DNA of 64,000 nucleotides from the NCBI RefSeq assembly GCF_009914755.1, contig NC_060928.1, one strand, 5' to 3'. The translations under genes were made by a program, and so were the position numbers. Positions 14,130 to 28,626 of the stretch are shown here, in pieces. How positions within the stretch are numbered: position 1 is the stretch's first letter; every line of letters starts with the position of its first letter. The notes beneath the pieces are model-generated. The model was not told the DNA's origin, did no database searches, and saw only the letters and a list, made by a program, of their open reading frames with translations. Source of the stretch: the human T2T-CHM13v2.0 reference genome, Homo sapiens.

Positions 14130-17100
14130 CCTGGAAAGGGGGCTGAAGTCAGGGAGCCAAGTGTTCTCCTTCAGCAGGTCCCACTCCCACTGAGCCCAGC
14201 AAGCTTAGAACTACTGGCCTGAAATTCTTGCTGCCAGCACAGCAGCCTGAAGTCAACCTGGGATGGTCTAGCTTGTTGAGGGGGAGAGGCATTCACCATT
14301 ACTGAGGCTTGATTAGGAGGTTTTCCCCTCACAGTATTAAGGAAGTTTGGACTGTGTGGAATTCACTGCAGCGTGGCAAAGCGGCTGTGACCAGACTGCC
14401 TCTTTAGATTCCTCCTCACCGTGAAAGGCGTCTCTGAAAGAAAGGTAGCAGCTACAGTCAGGGGCTTATAGATAAAACTCCCATCTCCCTGGGACAGAGC
14501 ACCCAGAGGAAGGGGCGGCTGTGGGTGCAGCTTCAGCAGAATTAAACGTTCCTGCCTGCCAGCGCTGAAGAGAGCAGCGGACCCACATCAGAAAGTGGGA
14601 AATATCTGAAATCGACACCCTAATATCACAATTAAAAGAACTAGAGAAGCAAGAGCAAATTAAAAGGCTAGCAGAAGACAAGAAATAACTAAGATCAGAA
14701 CAGAACTGAAAGAAATAGAGACACGAAAAACCTTTCAAAAAATCAATGTATCCAGGAGCTAATTTTTTGAAAACATTAATAAAATAGATGGCTAGTCAGG
14801 CTAATAAAGAAGAAAAGAGAGAATAATCAAACACAATAAAAAATGATGAAGGAGATATTACCACTGATCCCACAGAAATACAAACTGCCATCAGAGAATA
14901 CTATAAACACCACTATGCAAATAAACTAGAAAATCTAGAAGAAATGGATAAATTCCTGGACACACACTTCACCAAGACTAAACAAGGAAGAAGTTAAATC
15001 CCTGAATAGACCAATAATAAGTTCTGAAATTGAGAAATTAATTCATAGTCTATCAACCAAAAAAAGCCCAGGACCAGACAAATTCACAGCCGAATTCTAT
15101 CGGAGGTACAAAGAGGAGCTGGTACCATTCCTTCTGAAACTACTCCAAACAACAGAAAAAGAGGAACTTCTCCCTAACTCATTTTACGAGTCCAGCATCA
15201 TCCTGATACCAAAACCTGGCAGAGACATAACAAAAAAAGAAAATTTCAGGCCAATATCCCTGATGAACACTGATGCAAAAATTCTCAATAAAATACTGGC
15301 AAACCAAATCCAGCAGCACATCAAAAAGTTTATTCACCACAATCAAGTCAGCTTTAACCCTGCAATGCAAGGCTGGTCCAACATATGCAAGTCAATAAAC
15401 ATAGTCCATCACATAAACAGAACCAATGACAAAAACCGCATGATTATCTCAATAGATGCAGAAAAGGCCTTCAATGAAATTCAACACCTATTCATACTAA
15501 AAATACTTAATAAACTAGGTATAGATGAAACATATCTCAAAATAATAAGAGCTATTAATGACAAACCCACAGCCAATATCATACTGAATGGGCAAAAGCT
15601 GGAAGCATTCCCTTTGAAAACAGGCACAAGACAAGGATGCCCTCTCTCCTATTCAACACGCTATTAAAAGTTCTGGCCAGGGCAATCAGGGAAGAGAAAT
15701 AAATAAAGGACATTCAAATAGGAAGAGAGAAAGTCAAATTGTCTGTGTTTGCAGATGACACGATTGTATATTTAGAAACCCCATCATCTCAGGATACAAA
15801 ATCAATGTGCAAAAATCATAAACATTCCTATACACCAATAATAGACTAACAGAGAGCCAAATCGTGAGTGAACTCCCATTCACAATTGCTACAAAGAAAA
15901 TAAAATACCTAGGAATACAACTTACAAGAGAAGTGAAGGATCTATTAAAGTAGAATTACAAACCACTGTTCAAGGAAATAAGAGACAGCACAAACAAATG
16001 GAAAAACATTCCATGTGCATGGATAGGAAGTATCAATATCATGAAAATGGCCATACTGCTCAAAGTAATTTATCGATTAAATGCTATTCCCGTCAAGCTA
16101 CCATTGACTTTCTTCACAGAATTAGAAAAAACTACTTTAAATTTCATATGGAACAATAAAAGAGCCTGTATAGCCAAGACAATCCTAAGCCAAAAGAATA
16201 AAGCTGGAGGCATCATGCTACCTGACTTCAAACTATACTATAAGGCTACAGGAACCAAAACAGCATGGTACTGGTACCAAAACAGATATATAAACCAGTG
16301 GAACAGAACAGAGGCCTCAGAAATAACTCCAAACATCTACAACCATCTGATCTTTGACAAACCTGACAAAACAAACAATGGGGAAAGGATTTCCTATTAA
16401 ACAAATGGCATTGGGAAAACTGGCTAGCCATATGCAGAAAACTGAAACTGGACCCCTTCCTTACACCTTATGCAAAACTTAACACAAGATGGAGTAAAGA
16501 CTTAAATGTAAAACCTGAAATCATAAAAACCCTAGAACAAAACCTAGGCAATACCATGCAGGGCGTAGGCATGGACAAAGACTTCATGATTAAAACACAG
16601 AAAACAATTGCCATGAAAGCCAAAATTGACAAATGGGATGTAATTAAACTAAAGAGCTTCTGTACACAAAAAGAAACTATCATCAGAGTGAACTGGCAAC
16701 CTAAAGAATGAGAGAAAATTTTTGCAATCTATCCATCTGACAAAGGTCTAATATCCAGAATCTACAAGGAACGTAAAAAAATTTACAAGAAATAAAACAA
16801 ACAACCCCATCAAAAAGTGGGTGAAGGATATGAACAGACAATTCTCAAAAGAAGACATTTATGCAGCCAACAAACAAATGAAAACAGCTCATCATCACTG
16901 GTCATTAAAGAAATGCAAATCAAAACCACAATGAGCTACTATCTCATGCCAGTTAGAATGGCAATCATTAAAAAGCCAGAAAACAACAGATGCTGAAGAG
17001 GATGTGGATAAATAGGAACGTCTTTACACTGTTGGTGGGAGTGTAAATTAGTTCAACCATTGTGGAAGACAGTGTGTCAATTCCTCCAGGATCTAGAACT

Positions 17101-17663
17101 AGAAATACCATTTGACCCAGCAATCCCATTACTGGGTATATACCCAAAGGATTATAATTCATTCTACCATAAAGGTACATGCACATGTATGTTTACCTCA
17201 GGACTGTTTACAATAGCAAAGACTTGGAACCAACCCAAATGACCATCAATGATAGACCGGATAAAGAAAATGTGGCACATATAACCATGGAATACTATGC
17301 AGCCATAAAAAAGAATGAGTTCATGTCCTTTTCAGGGACATGGATGAAGCTGGAAACCATCTTTCTCAGCAAACTGACATAGGAACAGAAAACAAAACAC
17401 CTCATGCTCTCACTCATAAGTGGGAGTCAAACAATGAGAACGTATGGACACAGGGAGGGGAACATCACACACAGGGGCCTGTTGGGGGTCAGGGGACAAG
17501 GGGGAGTGAGAGCATTAGGACAAATGCCTAATTCATTCGGGGCTGAAAACCTAGATGACAGGTTGATGAGTGCAGCAAACCACCATGGCACATGTTTACC
17601 TATGCAACAAACCTGCATGTTCTGCACATGTATCCCAGAACTTAAAGTATAATAATAATAATA
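14125..17663 (+). mobile_element. L1PA8-like LINE-1 with large internal deletion (partial 5' UTR joined to ORF2 and 3' UTR)
   Basis: 5' UTR CCCCTGGAAAGGGGGCTGAAG... to 14580, then ORF2 from about residue 303 with stops and frameshifts (ORFs 15263-15667, 16041-16400). 3' UTR GAGAGCATTAGGACAAATGCCTAAT...GGGGCTGAAAACCTAGATGAC with an (AAT)n tail. Confidence 0.9.
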
Positions 17664-18440
17664 ACTAATTCCAGAGCCTCACATTAATCAATATTATCAG
17701 CATCATCCTATATCATGCAATTTGACAAATTAAGCCACAAATAAGAAAATGTCCACATTTTAAGATGGGCTTTTCATACCTTATAAGAAAAAAATGTTGT
17801 GGCTCAATAAGCAATAAATCAAGGAGGGCATGACAGAAAATGTACACATATTCCACATATTTTTTATCAACCCCTGTGCTTATTATTAATCAATAATATT
17901 TATATTAGAAAATGAACACAATGACTTTATATTTATAAAAAAAATATGAATTTGCTTCACTCACTTGGTCACACCTGACCAAGTCTCATTAATAAAAGAT
18001 TCTGGACTTCATCACAAAACTGTTTTCTCTATAAAAGCAAACTATCTACCCAAATATTTATCAAAATGCCTAATATTCTCATTAAACATCTTTGAATCCC
18101 TTTTAACTTTTCCAAGGTTTTATTATTCTGATTGCTCCAAATTTCCATCAGCTTTTCGCTTACAACTTCCATTGCAGGCTCCCATAATTTCCTTTGGTCA
18201 ATATTTGCAATGTTGCTGACTAGGGTTCAGTTTTATGAAAATAAAATGTATCTGTGTTATTACAGAAAAATCTTACAAATGGTGGTTTTCTTTTCAGGAA
18301 CTTTCTGTTTATAATTGATTAATAAAAATACTCTATAAAAATGTATTTCCTTTAGCAAATATGGCACACTTTATTGAAGTTATCTGTGTATACCTGCTTC
18401 CCTTACTAGACTGCGATTTCTCCACTATCATCAGCCATGC

Positions 18441-18834
18441 TGATATAGTTTAGATATTCGTCCCCTCCAAATTTCATGTTGAAATGTAATTCCCAATGTT
18501 GGAGATGAGGCCTGGTGATCTTTCATGAATATTTTGGTGCCATCTCCATAGTAACGAGTGAGTTCTCACTCTGTTAGTTCATGTGAGACCTGGTAGTTTA
18601 AGATTGTGGCCCCTGTTTCATCTCTCTTGCTCCTGATCTTAGTATGTGATATCCTGGCTCTTGCTTTGCCCTCCATCATGATTGAAAGCTTCCTGAGGCC
18701 TCACCAGAAGCTGTGTAGATGATAACATGTGCTTCCTATGTAGCCTGTAGAACCATGAGACAAATAAAACCCTTTTAGTCATAAATTAACCAGTCTCAGG
18801 TATTCCCTTAGTGACACAAAAACAGACTAACACA
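18441..18834 (+). mobile_element. MSTB-like MaLR solo LTR
   Basis: TG...CA termini (TGATATAGTTT...GACTAACACA), AATAAA near the 3' end, and a perfect 5-bp TSD CATGC at 18436-18440 and 18835-18839. Confidence 0.9.
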
Positions 18835-18964
18835 CATGCCATATGTGTCATTTTATACCAAGTAGCTAGCTTGAAACAAAACTCAATAAAGATTTATTAA
18901 ATAAAGTAAGAAAAGGAGGGATGAAAAGAAAAAGGAAGAACTTGATAAATTATGTACATTATTG

Positions 18965-19360
18965 AATTTTTAAATTTTTATATTCAAGAGGGTTTATGTG
19001 AAGGTTTATTACATGGATATATTGCATGATGCTTAGGTTTAGACTTAAATTAACCCATCATCCAAATAGTGAGCATAGTACCTAATAGGTGGTTTTTCAA
19101 CCCTTGCCTTATGAAACCAATATCATCCTGATACCAAAATCTGACAAAGACAAAAGAAAACAAAACTATAAGACAATATCCCTCATGAACATAGATGCCA
19201 AAATTTTCAACAAAATACTGGAAAACCAAATATAGTAGCACATTAAACTGATGATTCACTGTGATCAAGTGGGCTTCATTCCTGGGATACAAGAATGGTT
19301 CAACAAATAAATGTGACTCAACATATAAACAGAATTAAAAACAATGAACATATGATTATT
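18965..19360. mobile_element. 5'-inverted L1 insertion (L1PA15/16-like 3' end on minus, ORF2 RT segment on plus)
   Basis: 18965-19108 is an antisense L1 3' terminus. 19110-19360 is sense ORF2 (ATCCTGATACCAAAA...GATCAAGTGGGCTTCATTCCTGGGAT). Confidence 0.75.
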
Positions 19361-22300
19361 GTTAACTTTTAAAGACACTGTTCCTTTGGATTTGACAGCA
19401 GTATTAGATTATTAGATTTCTAAATAAAATAAAATACTAGATAGAAAATTAATATTCATTTATGTCCATACTTTGTATGTATATATGATAGCATCATAAG
19501 AAATGTTTCATTTCAAACAATATTTTCAAGCTTTAAAAAATGTCTATGGAAACTCTGCACAAATTATTCACTTTGATCCCCACAAAGTCTAAAGCACACT
19601 ACTTGGAAGTCACTGGTATGTCTCTTGCAAGTCCATGAACAACTTTCTCTGTTCCTATATAGCATTATGTGTTACCGTGATAACTCTATTCAACATATTG
19701 ATGTACAAGGTATAACCACTTTTGAGGCTACCCCCAACATTTCCAGCTATTAATGTCATGGTCACCAAGAGAATGCTGTTAATAGATCTAGGCTTCTGGC
19801 CAGTTGTGCTACATTATCTGTTATTACCAATATGCTGAACATATGCTGTATCTCCTTTTTCACATTGTGTTACACTTAGGCACCCGGGTACTAATAATTC
19901 ACAGTATTTCATCTAATAACAATGACACTTCCTTACATTTCTGCCTGTATTATCTTTGTCTTTAAAAATAAAAAGAGTATAGTATACAGTGTTGGGTCAT
20001 TAGAAATACTCTCTTAAACAGATTTTCAAAATATCTGTCTCTTTTATGTTTCTTATTCTATACATTGCCTTCTGTCCCTGTATTCTATTTGGTATGAAAG
20101 ATGTTTATCCCAGGGAAGCTGGGTTATTATGAGGAAATAATATAGTTAGAGCTATCTTTTATTTTAGGATCTTTGTAGAGCTGAGTGGGGAGTATTCGTC
20201 AGAGATTCATATTTTGATTTCAAAATGATTTGAGATGTTGGGAAGCTTAGTCATTAGTAAATATCACATGCTTTCCTGCTTATGTTTTATATTCTGATTC
20301 TAACACTATTAGTTAAAATGGTATTACATGAAACAAAAAACAAGATCTGCTCCTTAGTTCATTCTTTGACTGTTGTACCTAATAATAACCCTCATTTTCT
20401 TTTTATGACAAAAAGCTTTTCTAGATCAAAGAAAAATGCATATATGTTATAATATTCATAATGTGTCCTTTTAAAGAGAACTATAGTGAGAAGCAGAACA
20501 TTTTCAGGAACTTTTACACAGAATAAAACTAATCAAACAAGATATTTCAAACCTATTTTTTAAACTATTTCAATTTTCAGATACAAAGAAGCCCCTCCCT
20601 TACTTACACAGGCACACAGGCACACACACACCCCAACTCACTACTATCAATTTATGGTCAACATAGATCTTTAAAGAAGAGAGGAAAAACAGGTATTTTG
20701 GGAAAACACACTGAAAATGGATGAAAAGGTGAGGTAGATGTTGTGGTTGAAGAGGGAGGAAGCTGGGAATTTTGTTTGGGCTCCAGAACTGACCTCCGAA
20801 CCTAAATTGCACTGAAGAAAGGGGTGAGTGAAGGAATCCTAGGATGCCACACTTTCCCCACAGACCTCTGGAATCTTAGCTACAGGAGTTCCCACTACCC
20901 CCATAGATCTTCAGACTGGCAGGGGAGCCACCTGTATATCAGGGAGAGGCATAACTTGAACCCATGTGGATCCCAGAAATTTCCCCACCACCATGCAGCT
21001 GCAGCAAAACACAATCATTGGTGGCCATCCCCCAAGGATCTTGATCTTGCTGCAGCTCCTGCTTTCAGCCAGGACAGGAGAGAGCAGGGTAACCATTACT
21101 ATGGGATTGAATTGCATCTGATCCATGTGTACCCTTGCCTGACAGCCCCTCCTAAGACCACCTGTCTGGCCATTTCTGCAGAAGTGTGCCCACAACACAG
21201 CCTCCACTATGCCACCTGTATGCCACCTGAGTGTTTTGCTGGTCGCCTGGATGTAGTTTGCACCCCAAGCACAGCTGATGCTTGACCCCATGAGGCCAGT
21301 GGACAAACAATGGGCTCCGTCCTAACTTCTCAGAATTTAAGCACACCACCCAGGGACATCAAACTGAGACTTGTGGCTGGAGTTCAAGCAGGAGAGGACC
21401 ACCAACACTCAAAACACATAAAAGAGTGGAGTGGGCTTGTGGGCCAGCATGGGACCTGGGCATCCCTCCCTCTGCAACACTGAACTTGAAAGGGTATGGC
21501 CTGATAGAAAGCCATGGTTTCTTTCCCAAGGAGCCTCATGGCTCAGTTATCTGGGTGCAGAACGACTGGAACAAACCCAGCTGTCCATGCCTAATCCCAG
21601 AGTGGATGCTGGAGGGAGAACCACTAGGTTGAACAACCAAGAAATGGGCAGGGCCCACAACTGTCTGTTAGGCTGAGAACCCTGGACTGCAGGCACCATT
21701 CTGTTTGCACACCTATGGTGCCATTGCTGTGCTGGAGGATCCTCCACCCTTGACCCACTGCACCACCAGACCAATTGCAGAAATACCCCATAACCCACTC
21801 TAACTATAGCAAACACAGAGGATCAGTAAGTCCCCAGGAAGTCACAGGTCTACTGGTGACCAAACTTTTAGCATGCACCACCCATAAGGAAGGAGGGAGA
21901 ACAGCCCACCAAAGACCCCTTGGGGCAAGGGAACTATGGGCATGAAACCAGCAATTAAAGGAGACACCACTGAGGCCCAAAATGCATTTGGAGAAGGAGT
22001 CATCACTTACCTTCTCTCTACCTTCCCTTCCCACTGCACTGCTTCGAATGCACTGAAACACAAAAAGAGGTAAATGTAGATGAATAAGAAGCAATATGCC
22101 AGCCCTTATTTTTATGTGCCATCTGTGGGACTATAGCCTGAGTTACACCATCCAACAAAAATATATTATTTCAACATGCAATACTTGTTAAACCCACTAT
22201 AGGAACCTACCTACAACCAAGGAACCAGAACAGAGCCTTAGCCTTCTGGAAGCACTAAGTAAAGAAGCTAACCAGAACATAAACTAGAGTCAAATTCTCA

Positions 22301-22770
22301 AGGGAAGAAAGAATAAAAAAAAAAATACCCATCCAAACAACAGCAAATTCAAACAAAAGAAGAAGTGTTAGGCTCACTCAGATGAGAAGGAATCAGGGCA
22401 AGAATGCTGGCAACTGAAAAAATCAGTCTTTCCTTACCCTCCAAAGGATCACACTAGCTCTCTGGAAATGGATCATAACCAGATTGAAATGTCTGACATG
22501 ACAGACATAGAATTTAGAATTTGTATGATGAGGAAACTCAATGAGATCCAAGAGAAAGTTGAAATTCAATCCTATGAAGCAGGCAAAATGATTCAAGATT
22601 TGAAAGACAGCACAGCTATATTAAGAAAGAACCAAACTGAAACTCTGGAATTGAAAACTTGACTGAAAGAATTTTTAAATACATTTGGAAGCCTTGACAA
22701 CAGACTAGATCAATCAGAGGGAAAAAATGTTCAGAGCTCAAATCCAGTTCTTCAAATCAACCCGCTCAGA

Positions 22771-22771
<1 letters not shown>

Positions 22772-22802
<31 letters not shown>
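22772..22802. repeat. Pure A31 homopolymer inside L1 ORF1
   Basis: Directly visible. Confidence 0.95.
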
Positions 22803-22805
<3 letters not shown>

Positions 22806-25004
22806 TAAAAAATGAACAAAGCATCTGAGAAATACAGAATTATATAAAGCAACCTATAACTCACTGGGTTTCCTGAGATAGAAGAAAGGAGAGTTAACAA
22901 CTTGAAAAATATTTTCAAGGATACATCCCATGAAAATGTTCCCAATCATACTAAAGAGGTCAACATACAGGTTCCAGAAATTCAGAGAACTCCTGAGAGA
23001 TACTACACAAGACAAGACAATCATCCAAGGCATAGTCATCAGACTTTCCAAGGTCAACATGAAAGGAAAATCTTAAAGACAGCTAGAGAAAAGGGTTGTA
23101 TCACCTACAAAAGGAATAAAGTAAGACTAATAACAGACTTCTCAGCAGAAACCTTACAAGTCAGAAGAGATTGGAGGCCTAATTTTAGCACTTCTAAAGA
23201 AAAGAGAGTCCCACCAAGAATGTCACATCCCACCAACTAAACTTCATAAGCAAAAGAGAAATTAAACATTTCCCAGACAAGCAATCATTAAAGGAATTTG
23301 TTACCACCAGACTGGCCATGCAAGAGATGCTTAAGGGATTTTTAAATATGGGAAAAAAAGAATGATATCTGCTACCACAAAAACACATGTAAATACATAG
23401 CCCAAAGATTCTGTAAAGCAACTACACAACTGACAATACAAAGCAACCAGGTAGCATCACTACAAGATGAACAAAAATAAATATATCAATATTAAAGTGG
23501 TTTAAGCATTCCACTTAAAAGACAGACAGTGGCAAATTGGATAAGAAAATAAGATTCATCCTTCTTTTGTCTTTAGGAGACCCATCTCACATGTAATGAC
23601 ATCTATAGGTTCAAAGTAAAAGGATGAAAATCTATTACACAAATGGAAAACAAAAATGAGTAGGGATCACTATTCTTGTATCAAATAATACAGCCTTTAA
23701 ACTAGCAATATCAAAAAAAAGGACAAGGAGGGGCATTAAATAATGATAAAACGTTCAATTCAACAAGAAGACTCAACTATCCTAAATATATGTGCATCCA
23801 ACATTGGAGGACCCAAACTCATGAAAGACTTCTACAGCCACACAATAATATTGGGGGACTTCAAGCCCCCTCGCTCCACCACACACACACACGGATAGGA
23901 TTACACTGATCATTAAGGCAGAAAACTAAAAAAAATTATGGACTTAAATTCAACCTCTGACCAATTGGACCCAATAGTGAGCTACAGAATACTCCACCCG
24001 ACAACTACAAAATATACATTCTTCTCGTCTGCACGTGGAACATACTTTAAGATTAATCACATATGCACTCATGAAGCAAGTCTCGATTAATTTTTTTAAA
24101 AAATCAAAATCATACCAGGCATATGTTCAGACAATAGTGGAATAAAAATATTAATCAATATCAAGAGGAACTCTCAAAACTACAAAATTACATGGAAATT
24201 AAACAACTTGCTCCTGAATGACTTATGGATAAAAAATAACATTAATGCAGAAATCAAAAAATTATTTGAAACAAATCAAAATAAAGACACATGTCAATAC
24301 CTCTGGGATATGGCTAAAGCAGTGTTAAACATTTATAGTGCTAAATGCCTACATCAAGCAGTTAGAAGCTCTCAAATCCACAAGCTAACATCGAACCTAA
24401 AGGAACTGGAAAAAGAAGAGCAAATTAATGCCAATGCTAGCAGAATAAAATGAATAACTAAAATTAGAGCTGAACAATGAAGTTGAGACCCCCCCACCAA
24501 ACCAAAGAATCGAAAAAACAAAAATTTTGGTTTTCTTTTTGAAAAGATAAACAAAATTTATACACTATTAGCTAGATTAAGAAAAAAGAAAGAAGATATA
24601 AATAATTATAATCAGAAATGGACAAGTGGACATTACAACCATTCCCAAAGAAATACAAAAGAACCTCAGAGACCATTATGAATACCTCTATGCATACAAA
24701 CTAGGAAATTTAGAGAAAATGGATAAATTCCTGGAAAGACATAATAACTCAAGATGGAATCAGGGGAAAAATAAAACTCTGAACAGAAAAATAATAAGTT
24801 ACAAAGTTGAATTAGTAATAAAAAAAATACCAACCAAATTAAGTTTAGACCAGACAAATTCACAGTTCAATTCTAAATGATGTATAAAGACAAGCTGGTA
24901 CAAATTCTACTGATGCTATTCCAAAAAGTTGCAGAGGGCCTCCTCCCTAAGTCATTATATGAAGCCAGCACCATCCTGATATCAAAATCTGGCAAAGACA
25001 CAAG

Positions 25005-25005
<1 letters not shown>

Positions 25006-25070
<65 letters not shown>
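25006..25070. repeat. Compound microsatellite A19(TA)23
   Basis: Directly visible; gives the [10 protein letters not shown] pseudo-ORFs. Confidence 0.95.
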
Positions 25071-25074
<4 letters not shown>

Positions 25075-25461
25075 AAATATCCCTGATGAAGATAGATACA
25101 AAAATCCTCAAAAAAAAAGAAAAAACTTGCAAACTAATTTCAGCCACATATCAAAGTTATTTTAATCACAATCAAATAGGCTTTATTCCTAGGATACAAG
25201 GCTAGTTCAATATATGCAAATCAATAAATGTAATTTACCACATCAATGGACTTATAAGTAAAAACCTCGTGATCATCTTAATAGACGCAGAAAAAAATTC
25301 AACAAAATCCAACATTCCTTCATAATAAAAATCCTTAACAAACTAGGCATCAAGGATCATACATCAAAATACTTAGTGTCAGGTAGGACAAATCCACAAA
25401 AAAAATCTTACTAACTGAGAAAATGCTGGAAGTATTTCCCCTTGAAAACTGAAACAAGATT

Positions 25462-25548
25462 GGATGGGCACGGTGGCTCACACCTGTAATCCCAGCGCTT
25501 TGGGAGGCTGAGGCGGGCAGATCACCTGAGGTCAGGAGTTCAAGACCA
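25462..25548 (+). mobile_element. AluS 5' fragment (~87 bp of left arm)
   Basis: GGATGGGCACGGTGGCTCACACCTGTAATCCCAGC...GAGGTCAGGAGTTCAAGACCA, then an abrupt stop. Confidence 0.88.
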
Positions 25549-25636
25549 TACCAACCAACCAAGTAAGCAACAACAAAATGGTGGTATATATTTACAATGG
25601 AATACTATTTCACCACTAAAATAAATAAATAAAATT

Positions 25637-25949
<313 letters not shown>

Positions 25950-28477
25950 GAAAACTGGATCAAGACAAGGATGTACTCTCTCACCACTCCAATTCAACAT
26001 AGTACTGGAAGTCTTAGCCAGAGCAGTCAGGCATGAGAGAGAAATAAAAGGCATTCAAACAGGAAAAGAGGAAGTTAAATTATCTCCCTTTGCTGACAAT
26101 ATTAGTCTATACCTAGAAAACTCTAAGGGATCTGCCAATAGAATTCTAGACCTGATCAATTACTTTGGTAAAATTTTGGGATACAAAATCAATGTACAAA
26201 ACTTATTATCATTTCTATTCATTAGTAACATGCAAGCCAAGAGCCAAATCCAGAATGCAATTTCATTTACAATAATTACAAAAAAGAAAAAGAAACAAAA
26301 GTAGGAATACAGCTAACCAAGGATGTGAAAAACCATGTCCTTTGCAGTAACTCGAATGCATCTAGAAGCCATTGTTCCAAGGTAATTAATGCAGAAAGAG
26401 AAAACCAAATACCAATATGTTCTCACTTATAAATGGGAACTTAAAATTGGGTACACATGGACAAAAAGATGGTAAGAATAGACACTGGGGACTCCCAAAG
26501 CAGGTAGGTGGGAGAAAAGGAAGAGATGAAAAACTTCCTATTGGGTATTACGGGGTCAATAGGAGACCAAACCACAACATCATGCAATGTACCCTTATAC
26601 CAAAGCTGCACACATACTTGCACATATAAAATTATAATTTGAATTTTAAAAAAAAGAGAGAAAAATTGAAATTAGTGATATTCCGCTGGACAACTACCAG
26701 AAATCACTAGATGTCTGTTTCCTTTGACTCATTCTATGACATTGACATTTTAACTCAGGTAATTAATGCCTAAAGAAATTTAATAAATTTACATTTGTGC
26801 GGTTGTTTAGTTTTTACCTGAATTTGTTTATCAATTGTGATGACATATAAGGAATATTTTTTTTCTGTTTTGTTCTGTAGTCATTTCTCTGATGCAAATG
26901 TCTTTCTCTTACAGTATCCTTTTTAATATAGTGAAAAATGTGCAGGCAGTCATCACGAGCTCTAGGGAATTTACTTTTCTGTATACATTTTGTTGAAAGA
27001 TGGTAAAAAATAACTGCTCAGTAGAGCCAAATACTTATTTCATATTTCAGTTCAATCAGAATCAGAGGAAAATGACAATGTAATTTTCTAATTTTGTTTT
27101 CTGAGAACATCTTTTATTTCATTACTTTTACCTAATGAGCTGAAATTAATAAATTATCTAATAAAATTATTTACTGCTTTATATAAAAAAGAGCATTATA
27201 TATTGTTACATACTTTAGTAAATTAATTACATATTTAACCTATATTTACAGTTTTCTTTTTATAATATCGCAATGATAGAATACATGCAGACTTTTTAAA
27301 TGGTTCAGAAAAATGTGTCAATAATACAATGACTATTGTTATATTTGCATAGATATTTTACATATTTGCATTAAATTTTCATTGCATATGTCTATTCAGA
27401 ATGTCGAGTGAATGAGTTTTTTTATTACAATATGTGTTTATTGAATTAATCACTTGCTATGCTTCCTGAGTTTGTTTAATGGAAAGAGGTAAAGGTAGTT
27501 TCAATTGATTTTAAAGTCTTAAAAACTAATCAAAAGGCATACTTTTAAATTTTCCTGGTTATATATAGAAAATTTATCAATATTATACTAAGCAACAAGA
27601 AAATTATAAAGATTATGTCATATTTATATTTATTATATGGAAGGAATATTTTTAGTTTAGAGAAGGTAAGTAAATAGCACAGGGTTACATGATTTCTCAG
27701 TGATTTGACTGGAATTTTAATGCAAGTAGTCCATTTGGACTTCCCTGAAAGAGTATATCCATGTTTAAGAGTATATCCATGTATTTATCTTATTATTAAA
27801 AATAACCCCTTTTAAAATAATGAATGAAGATCATTATAAACAAAAGTGCTTATAATTATTTGAACCAACTACAAAGAGTAATCTAATTTAAATCTAGTTC
27901 TGAATATTAGTAAAAAATGTTAAAACTGTTTAAACAGTTTTTATAATTTTATACTTCTTTTGATTTTTAATATTTTTATCTTTACAATTATAGATGAGTT
28001 TTATATTTTTATGCCTTAATTGAGAAACTACCCAAAGTACCTTCCACTTTTCATTCTAAACTATTTTGGCAGGAATTGTGGAAGAAGAATAATAGGGAAA
28101 GAATGGGTCAGCCTGAAAGTGTTACATAAGTATCTGACCTGATTCAAGAGAAGTTACAGAAAAAAGGGAAAACTCGGGGCATCTTATTACCATCACTTTT
28201 CCCAACACAAGAAAATACATGTATGCCAACAACTTCCTGAGTTTTTATGAAGCCAAGTCTGTTTTCAGGGAAGGAAGCAAAGTACTAACTAAAACACATT
28301 TAGAATTTAGTAATCTTACAAAAATTACTGCCACAGAAGAAAAAAGTTCTAATCAAAACACTAATTCAGCCTTCTATGTAATTCATTAAATAAAAGGTTA
28401 ACTCTAATTTAGACCTGATGATAACACCTACTGACCAAGGCAGGAATATCACTTCAAGCCAAAACCTTTACAAATTC

Positions 28478-28626
28478 TTTCTTCTCCTCTTTCTTTTCCC
28501 CTCTCTCTTCTTCTCTCTTTTTCTTCTCCCTTCTCTTTGTCTTTGTCTTCATCTTTTTCTTCTACTTCCTCTACTCCTCATCCTTCCTCTCCTCCCTCTG
28601 CTATTCTTCCTCCTTCTTCTCCTTCT
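28478..28626. repeat. CT-rich low-complexity tract
   Basis: Nearly pure pyrimidine strand with CTT/CCT units. Confidence 0.85.

Noticed and set aside
27749-27782. AAGAGTATATCCATGT repeated with an 18-bp period
   Set aside because: Ordinary two-copy slippage duplication.
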